Notes under the pieces: generated by a model
Told to the model about the DNA's origin: nothing
Databases searched by the model: none
The model's input: the letters and a program-made list of their open reading frames with translations, nothing else
Shown here: positions 52,051 through 64,000 of the stretch, in pieces
Numbering within the stretch: the stretch's first letter is position 1
How the letters are laid out: each line of letters begins with the position of its first letter
Origin: Hormiphora californensis
Lineage: Eukaryota > Animalia > Ctenophora
DNA: 64,000 nucleotides
Direction of reading: 5' to 3'
Assembly: GCA_020137815.1 (NCBI GenBank)
Contig: CM035358.1
Coordinates: forward strand, 5,456,001-5,520,000
Made by a program: the position numbers and the translations under genes

Positions 52051-52375
52051 GAGAGGAGAGAAAGCACCTGTTTACACTCACACAAAATTGAAGTGTGATC
52101 ACGTGACACACTCCCCTCAACCAATCACCGCCGACAACTCAAATCACATGTCAACATCGCTGCATAAGTGACAAAATAGGCGCTCTCTCACTTCTTTTGC
52201 ACTCACTCTCATATATTCGCTGTGTGGCCCTTGGGGGCTGTGAGTTGCTGCCGCCCTACACATCGCAATTACCAATCTATCCTCCTGCAGCTACTGTCCA
52301 AATACTGTCTCCCTCTGCAATAATCAATTATAAATCTTATAAACTAAGATCCGTACTTTCTCTCTCCCTCTCTCT

Positions 52376-52409
<34 letters not shown>

Positions 52410-52610
52410 TCACACCTCTCTCTCTCACACACGCACATCGCACCTCCTCCTCTCTCTCTCTCTCTCCTCCCTCTCCTCTCTCTCTCTCTCCTCTCCCTCC
52501 TCTCTCTCTCTCTCTCCTCTCTCCTCTCTCTCGTCCGCTTCTCTCTCTCTCTCCTCTCTCTCCCTCTCTCTCCCTCTCTCCCTCTCCCCCTCTCTCTCTC
52601 CCTCTCTCCC
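51958..52610. repeat. (GA)n and degenerate (TC)n microsatellites
   Basis: Directly visible. Confidence 0.95.
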
Positions 52611-53703
52611 CCACCGGGGTCATGTCAACCCCACATGAGGAATGACTCCCCATAACTACCCACATTCAGACTTTTCTTTCACTGCCATTTTTGTTTGTGG
52701 CAACGGAAAGGGGGGCCCTCGCTACCAAAACCCTCTTGTAAATATTTTATACCATTGGTGTATTTGGGCCCTTTTTTAAAAGAGCAAGTTTTTATTTTGG
52801 GGAACCCCCCCCCTCCCCTTTCCCCCTTTCCCCCCCCTTTCCCCTCCCCTATGAAACCTTTCCGTTTATTTAATTTCCTTCCGTTCATATAAAGCCTCTT
52901 CGACGTTCATGGGGGGTCAAGTAAATTGTTAATTTGTAAATGAAGTAAACCTATTCTCTTAAAGGTTAAACTCAAATGGTTACAATTTCCCCCTTTAAAG
53001 TTAAAAGTTAAACAATCCCATTGAAATTTTTGGGTTTTGGACCATTTGGAAATTTGGTATTTTTACCTTTTCCTTTTTAAACTTCTCCCCTTTCTCCCAG
53101 TGACAAAACAATTTTGTGTACCCCCCTTAAGACCCTACAGTTGTAAACCCTACACTTGAAAACCGGAACCACCCCTTTTACATTTTCCCTGACTTTTCCT
53201 AGCTCTCCGAAATCTACTGGACTAATTCCATATAAACGCGTCGTAATGGTACATGGTAATGTACCTCGAATCAGTGAATAAAAAGGGTAACATCGTATTT
53301 TCAAAGGGAAGGGAAATTTGGGCAACGTGGGTGGTAGTAGCTGTGGGTGGTCATCAAAGATATATTATTTCCGATTTATATTATGTAATTGGTTCTAGAG
53401 AATCTATTTATAGATTATAGGTGGCAGTTCGAAGTTTTGCAATTTGATCCTATACCAGACATGTTCCTTATATATAGAATGTTCTTTATGCACTTGAAAC
53501 AATTCAAGAAATTCCAATTTAAATTACAATTTAAATCACATTTACAATGTCATGTAGCATAGCATCTCTGTAGAACAATCTCTAATTTATTCCCACTAAA
53601 AATAAACCTTAACATGTTCCCTGTATTTCCACTTAAAATAATCGCTAACATTGTCCCTATATTCTCAGTAAGATCATATCTAACATGTTCCCTTTGTTCC
53701 CAG

Positions 53704-56387
53704 TAAAAGACGAGCTAGTGGTCCCTGCCGAGATCACCCTCTACAAGACAATGAGTGCCCGACAGGCCATACCCTGTCGACAGGGGCCCGGTGCAGAGGT
53801 CAGATGGTTCAAGCACAACAAGTTGATATACCGAACTAAACAACAGGACTGCTCCCTTTTATTTAGGTAATTATTTTCCTAAATATTTCAGTCAATATAT
53901 TATTTGTAAATATCTCACGAATGTTGTGGCGGGGGCACAAATATTTTCCATTACGAAGGTTGCCTTGCATACGATTTTTTCCTTTTATTTCGACAAGGAC
54001 CCCCACTGGGGGTGTTATACTTTCTAAAATGAGAGGTATTTTACGGTGCATATATTGTCTAGAGATGTTACGGCTGTGACTCGCAAAAGCTTCACTAAAT
54101 GACCAGACAATGGGAGACATATTTAGGAGCCGGCAGGCACCTCCGACCCGAAGAAAACATATTGGGGAGGGGGATTGGAGATTGGAGAATGCAGTTAGTT
54201 GAAAAGGAGCTGCAAAAAAGATGGTTGAGAAAGAGCTGCGAAAATGCAGACCTGCCATCATAGATCATTTTACTTATCGTTATTTCAATTCTTTCTCACA
54301 GGTACGTAGATGCCTCCATCGCCTCTTTATACGAAGTGAGGTACACGGGAATCTACCAAAACAAGACCGCCGTGGTGTCCGTCCAGATTATAACAGACAG
54401 TAGCTGGCCAGTAATAAATGATACCATGGCGCTGAGAGAGGTACCAAAACGAGCATCTGCCAAGGTAACGTGTAAAGCAACGGGGCTACCAGAACCGCAA
54501 TACCAGTGGAGCTATAAGAACAAGACTCTCAAGGCGGGGAGTTCTGGAAAGATCGTTCTGGTGGACCCTCAGACTGTGATAGTGACTGACGTGACGTCTG
54601 ACGTCATTCTCACGTGTACAGCCACCAACTTGTTAGGTAAAGATGCTATAGATTTATAGAAAGAAGGGTTTCAATTTCATGTCACCCGCACCCTCTGTAC
54701 ATTAAATTTCCATTGTGTGCTAGAGATTCGACCATTGGCAAAGAAATGCAATAAAGAGGGGTAATTTTGAGGGGAGCTCTTTTTTCGAAACAGCTCTCCA
54801 AAATTGACCACTCCCCAACAACCTAGTGATCATGCTAAATTGAGCACACATTTTCAGGTTCAAACACAGCTCGTTTTCTGATAAAACCGGTGGAAATGAC
54901 GGAACAGCAGATCTTCATCAACAGGATGTTTCCCGTATTTGTCTGTCTCCTGCTCCTATCAGTGACATCATGTGTCTGCTACTTCTTCTACACGAAACAC
55001 CGTATTGCACAACTCAAGGGACGGAGGACTGATAGCCCTGCCGGATCAAGTATCACCGCGTCTGATACCATATTTGGTAAGTTTTAACTAGTTTTGCAAA
55101 CATTTGATACCATATTTGGTAAGTTTTAGCTAGTTCTGCAAACAATTGTTCTTTTTGTATGAGCTGCAGGTACGCTGTCTTGCAGTACAGGGGATGCGGG
55201 GGGATGTTATATTTAGCTGGTAGAATACACGTACACATTATATTATCTTATCATGTAGTCATATGACTACATTTTACAGTGGGTTAATGCATTATTCTGC
55301 ACTGTAGCACACTTTAATCTAACTCAACTCCATTCCTAGAAAACTCAGAGGCAGCAGCGGGGTCAAGTGGAGGAGGTTCGGTTTCTGAGCTGAGTGATAA
55401 TTATAAGATAGTGGCTGTCTCCCTTAGCTCCCCACCCACACAGTTTATCTGTCCTATCACCCGGGAATACATGGTGAGTTGCATTTTTCTCATCATTTTC
55501 ATGAACATTTTATAGCTCTTCTCAGAAGTATCTCTATGAAAGAGACACACTTCTTAGTCTTTCAATTTTCATCAGTCTTCTTCTTCTTCGAAGGATGAGA
55601 ACTGCCAAAATATATCAATTATATTTACCACATGATCGAATCCCCGCTCACACTTTCTCCTCGCCTCAGAAAAACCCTGTGGTGGCAAGTGATGGATTCT
55701 CTTACGAGGAGAAAGCTATTCAGGCGTGGTTCCGAAGGAACGAGACAAGTCCGATGACAAACGGTGACATCAGCAAGCGGTTAACCCAGGTAATTATGTA
55801 ATGAGATCACCAATTAACTCGGTGTGTGACTCGTGTGTCATTAATTAATTGAATCCAATTAGAGAGTCCCATTAGTAATTATATATGACGTTAAACCACT
55901 CGTGAAACCGAAACAACCCTTCCCGGCGACTTGATTTCTAAAAATTAAGTTTCATTATATTCAAAAGAGATCTAACAGCTCATCCTCCCCATCCCAGAAT
56001 CACAACCTACGGACAATGATCCAAGAGATCCTATCCAGTAAAACGGTATCGGATAGCTTTGTAAAGTTGAGATCAACAGATCAACAAACTTGTATTAGAT
56101 GCACAACTAGATCCACCACTGTCACCACTACGGAGCCAAGGATAACCATCATCGATGGTGACAATGTTACAATCCATCGTGTGGCATCGACAGATCAGAT
56201 TAGACCTCCTGTTTCCCCATCGGACCAGATAAGACATGCTACACCTAGATCACGACCCGATACACCGATTACCAGGATAGATACACCAAACATCGGGAGG
56301 TCAATCTCAACAATATCTAATGTGTCTACTCGGGAGGATGGTAGGGTGACAAGCGGCAGTTCGGAGGAAAATAATATCATTGTTTAG
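53704..56387 (+). CDS. Ig-Ig-transmembrane-U-box protein (candidate receptor-type E3 ubiquitin ligase); 5' end not resolved
   Basis: In-frame exons 53704-53866, 54302-54636, 54858-55076, 55340-55473, 55670-55789, 55998-56387. Ig: KVTCKATGLPEPQYQW...ILTCTATNLLGSNTARFLI. TM: MFPVFVCLLLLSVTSCVCYFFY followed by TKHR. U-box: PPTQFICPITREYMKNPVVASDGFSYEEKAIQAWFRRNETSPMTNGDISKRLTQNHNLRTMIQE. S/T/P/R-rich tail ending NNIIV*. Confidence 0.88.
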
Positions 56388-56704
56388 AGGAGATGTGATC
56401 AAATAATGTGTCCTCCCTGTGTTTAACAGCTGGGAAGCAGAGTCACCCCACGAAGGGTACGACCCAACTACCACGGGTGATTATTTGGAAAGTTTGAAGA
56501 CTTGGCAGAATGATTAGAATTATCAACTTGATAAACTTTGTTCGATCAGAAGATGTGTGTGCGTGACAAATTTAAATTGTGGCATGGGATTAGGTTTTAT
56601 TTGATACCCTTTTATAAGTGTTATTTATTTATTATTTGGTTTTATTGATAATCTATGATAAAAGGAATCCTTAGTATCTCTATCTCTTATAATATAATAT
56701 GAAG

Positions 56705-56813
56705 CATGAACCGACCGAATCAGGAAATACTGGTCCCTAATTGGCTGATGACTAGTCACGTGACCTAAATAACAAGTTCTTATTGGTCGTTTACTTGTTT
56801 CGGTCGGTTCCTG
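56705..56813 (+). mobile_element. hAT-type MITE family A
   Basis: 8-bp TSD ATATGAAG. Confidence 0.9.
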
Positions 56814-58109
56814 ATATGAAGTGAAGGAGGTTCCTATCTTTTTCGAGGCACTTATTATAATGCCGTCAACTTCTTTCCTGTCGCCATACCGATATATAAA
56901 CCAAATTCTTATTGTTTTTACCTTTTTTTTTGCTGATTACTATAACCCAAAACCCGAGTTTATTTAATTTTACCTTACTAGAAGTTGAAGAGAACTCCAA
57001 TGATCATCCTCTCTCATCTGAAATATGTTCCGAAGTTAGTAACAAATAAGATATAAATTACACCAACCAACTTCATCTACTGTAACTGACATTTACAACA
57101 AACTGACATCTACAACAAACTGACATATTATAATATGCCCGTGAAAAATTCTGCTCTTGAAAGCTTTCAATTTTCATAGATTTGAAAAGCTCCAGTCATG
57201 AAATTTTTCTTCGTGGGAACATGTATATAAACATGTTCTATCAAAATTGAAAGCTTGAGGCGAATTCTTCACGGGTGTTCCTATGAACTGTACTGCACTT
57301 AATAGAATTTCTATTCTAGGTTATTGGCATCTAGCCAAAGTCCATCTAAAGCATAAGTAGTAGCTTCACCTCAACGTAGCCTTCGGTGACACTAAGGCAC
57401 GGAGAGGTCGCGAGAGAAAAAAGGAGGCCTGTCAGAGCGATGACTTAAAGGGCCAAGCGGTCAGTGGACTAGGAGTTTGTTGGGTATGATGTCATTCAAA
57501 TACAAAAGGAATAATTGAATAATGATTGTGGCGATGACATACCAGCGTCCGGCCTGTCACAGTTAATTGCCTCGTAAACTGCGAAGGTTTTGTAAGGGCA
57601 CTCCTATTTACCAAAATTTGTGTGAATTAGGGTAAGTTGCAATTTTACTTAGGCTCCTGCTGTCAGAGCATTAGCCTGACCCTATTCTCATTTCTTAAAA
57701 CCGTGCAGTTCTGCACGCTGAGTGCATGAGAATTGAGAACTGTGGTCAATGAATTGGCCTGACAATGCTCCTGTCTGTCGGAGCCGACCCGATCTGTGTG
57801 CACTGTCGAAACGGGGTCTGGCATGTTAGCCCAATGATCTAACCAAAGTTCTTGCGTGCTCATTTAAGAGAAATGAGAATAGGATCAGGCCAATGCTCTA
57901 ACACGGTCTGGCGGTGCTAGACAGGAGACAGTAGACCCCTGGTTTGAACTGTATGGCACCGCCGACCTGATCTGAGTGCACTGTGTGTTGAGAATCAAAT
58001 CGGGGTGTGGCGCCACCAGACAGAGTTTGAACGAAACAAGTTCTTAGTACTTAGTAGGGAGATCATTTTGGGAAGACAGTTCTAGAAGAGAAGGGATTGT
58101 CAGCTGAAA

Positions 58110-60872
<2,763 letters not shown>

Positions 60873-61458
60873 TCGGTAAAGTATTAACTACTTGTTTGTG
60901 ATTCTGACAAGCTCAATAACCCATCGTTTATTACTCCCTTTCTCGTTGTTGGTTTTTCTTTGTTGAGTAACCTCTTACTCAACAAGTTTTTCTAGTACAC
61001 ACACACAGAAGGAATTCTACTACGCAACACTGGCCAGACTATACTACCCATCATATCCTGTATCAGGTGAGGCCAAACTCATTCTTGCTCTTCTTCTACC
61101 TCTACATCCTTGTCATGTTCTGCGAGTTTTCATTATTTGATCTTTCTGGTGTCACTACCCGCAGGGATTCAATTCATTTCGATTCATTCGTGGCAGCTGT
61201 ATTAGCCTGACAGTTCGTGGCTCATGCAGTTCCATCCCACAAGAAATATATCATTGTATATTCTGGGTTTATACGTCGAAGTGATTTTGTGTGAAGTATG
61301 GATCCATACTTCACACAAAATTACTTCGACGCTCGAGCGTCACATTGTCCCTTTGGCCTATATATTATATCCTTAAAGTCTTACACCCGGGGAATGTGAG
61401 AGTCAGGAAAGAGCCCCAGTGAATTGTGCCAAATAATTCCATCTGCACATATAATATA

Positions 61459-63638
61459 CAAGGTGGGCCACGGATTGTTGGTCATGGTTAGCGAGGTGGT
61501 GCGTCAAAACGGTGATAGTTGTGAGAATAAAAATTATGGGAGCACTCTGGATCAATTCCTTGGTAACTTTTTCCATAATTTTTTGTCAAAAATACGAAAA
61601 TTTATTTTTCAGTTCTTCATTCATTTCTCGTTCATTCATGATGTAAGCATCCTAATTTTCCATCATTATGCTATTTTTCTTTGGCTTGAATTTATCTTTC
61701 CAATGAGCACCATGAAAATGAAATTGAAGCACCAGGTCACTCAGCAGTTGAGAAAATGTTCATGCATGATTTTGGCTCTTTTTGCGACATTCAACGAGCT
61801 GTATCACAGCTACCTTTCGTTCAATCTTCTTAAAACTTTGGGAAAACATTAGATAAGCAAAGATCTTTGCTCACAAGAAAAATCAAGTCCAAAGATCAAA
61901 GTTCATTTTTCATTTTTGTTAGATCATTCCGTTCATTCAGGAACCAACATCCCTAAAGTGATGAAAAGGTTTGGGTTTTGTTTGGCCCATGTCCTGCAAT
62001 GACAGAGAGGTGTAATAGCGTGTTTCCGGGCTAGTTTGTGGGTGTCCATGTGATCATGATGATATCTGACACCTTTTCTGAGCCATGATTAAGGGATTTT
62101 CTCAAATTCAAGCATGTGACTTGGTTTTTCTGCGATTAGTACCGTGCAGCAATGTTATGAGATCTCATAACACCTCAAAAATGATGATTATCTCAATGAA
62201 ATGAGTTGATTTATGATTGAAAAGATTAAAACCGATGTCAAATTGAACGAAACGAACAATTACATCATAAATCAACTCATTTCATTGAGCTATACTAATC
62301 ATCATTTTTGAGGTGTTATGAGATCTCATAACACTAGTAAGCCCGCTCGCCCTACGGGCGAATATGTCGGGGATGGTCAATGGTCATACAGTAAACTAAG
62401 CAAATAGTGTAGTATCATTTGAAATTTTTAAAATCAGTAAATTTATCAGGTAAATTAACCACAGCGATTCCTTCGACAGAAAAACCACGGGTCCTCTTTT
62501 GCCAGGTCCTGAAGTATTTTATGAAGGAGCACATAAATGCAAAATACTTTCACGTATTACTGCCATTTCTTATTAGTGCCATTGATACTTTGTTATTACG
62601 TGTGTTGACAACATTTTTTGAATAATAATCCCCTCTTTTGTAGGATTCTATCACGTATTCTATAGGCGTCAGCGCCAGTTTGGGACATATGGCTCCTCCA
62701 AACTCGCTGGCGATTGTGTTGAAGTTGAGTAGTCATGTTCACGAAACATGGTGAACAGGGGGTGAACAGATCAAATCGAGCAAACGATCAATCACACAAC
62801 CGGCAGAGAGATGAATCAAGGATGCACGTGCAGTTTAAGGCTCAAGCTGGCAGGTTGCCAGGGTCATTTCCAGGAATGTTGTGCCATATTTGGTAAAAAA
62901 AACCATCACCCATCATTTCCCTATTTGCTTTAATAATAGTATGATTGCTGCACGGTACTAATCGCAGAAAAACCAAGTCACATGCTTGAATTTGAGAAAA
63001 TCCCTTAATCATGGCTCAGAAAAGGTGTCAGATATCATCATGATCACATGGACACCCCCAAACTAGCCCGGAAACACGCTATTACACCTCTCTGTCATTG
63101 CAGGACATGGGCGAAACAAAACCCAAACCTTTTCATCACTTTAGGGATGTTGGTTCCTGAATGAACGGAATGAACTAACAAAAATGAAAAATGAACTTTG
63201 ATCTTTGGCCTTGATTTTTCTTGTGAGCAAAGATCTTTGCTTATCCAATGTTTTCCCAAATTTCTAAGAAGATTGAACGAAAGGTAGCTGTGATACAGCT
63301 CGCTGAATGTCGCAAAAAGAGCCAAAATCATGTATGAACATTTTCTCAACTGCTGAGTGACCTGGTGCTTCAATTTCATTTTCATGGTGCCCATTGGAAA
63401 GATAAATTCAAGCCAAAGAAAAATAGCATAATGATGGAAAATTAGGATGCTCACATCATGAATGAACGAGAAATGAATGAAGGAATGAAAAATTAATTTT
63501 CGAATTTTTGACAAAAAATTATGGAAAAAGTTACCAAGGAATTGATCCAGAGTGCTCCCATAATTTTTATTCTCACAACTATCACCGTTTTGACGCACCA
63601 CCTCGCTAACCATGACCAACAATCCGTGGCCCACCTTG
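61459..63638. mobile_element. 2.2-kb TA-flanked element with ~690-bp TIRs (Tc1/mariner-like, non-autonomous), containing a ~180-bp palindromic MITE at ~62153-62334
   Basis: TA-CAAGGTGGGCCACGG...CCGTGGCCCACCTTG-TA; 61459-62153 is the reverse complement of 62944-63638; no transposase ORF seen in the core. Confidence 0.85.
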
Positions 63639-64000
63639 TATAAACGATTCGTGTGTTTTTTCAGAGAATTGGCACACAATCGGTCGATTATATGCAGATG
63701 GAATTATCTGACTCTACTCTCAGGACAATCCGCAGCCTTAAGAGTTTAAGGGTCCTCTAACCTACTGCAACAAATACATGGCCTTAGACAGCGTAGAGTG
63801 ATTCCTTATATTGCCCTGTTAGTTATAGGTATGTTGCAACTTGCATTCATCCACACATTTTTAACTTCACTTTCCTGACATTCACACTAACGTACATTAA
63901 AACTTGCATTTCGTTCAGCAGCTTTGATTATCAACTGTGTATCAAGCTGCTGATGGGTAAATTCCTGCCAGATTAGTGTGTGTATTCGCAGCAAGAACAA

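Noticed and set aside
61424-63679. 142-aa and 194-aa ORFs in the long inverted arms
   Set aside because: Mirror copies within TIRs, one broken by a stop; no recognisable transposase or other motif.

Overview
Eukaryotic, intron-rich animal DNA, probably a ctenophore. That assignment is an inference from my recollection of a ~109-bp CAGGAACCGACCG... repeat in Pleurobrachia sequences and is unverified. Reading GT-AG splice sites by hand gives three + strand multi-exon genes that the ORF track only shows in fragments. (1) The 3' part of a papain-family (C1A) protease fused to four ShK domains with acidic spacers, a Sushi domain, a Kringle and a terminal ShK-like module (to 8069). Its four protease-end exons occur twice, with clustered amino-acid differences. 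(2) A complete ~72-exon, ~5,560-aa type I membrane protein (10480-50052): signal peptide, Cys-rich repeat, Sushi, ~50 Ig-like domains including a young 4-Ig tandem repeat, Sushi-like/Cys-rich stalk, TM and short tail. (3) A 5'-incomplete Ig-Ig-TM-U-box gene (53704-56387), i.e. a candidate receptor-type E3 ubiquitin ligase. Introns carry many non-autonomous elements: hAT, Tc1/mariner, Harbinger, Mutator-like and TTAA-TSD foldbacks, DINE-1/Helentron-like elements and an ORF1-only non-LTR retroelement. They also carry RFX X-box-like motifs and tandem duplications of splice junctions. Several +1 frameshifts and two noisy segments look like assembly consensus artefacts. All coordinates were read by eye and may be off by a few bases.
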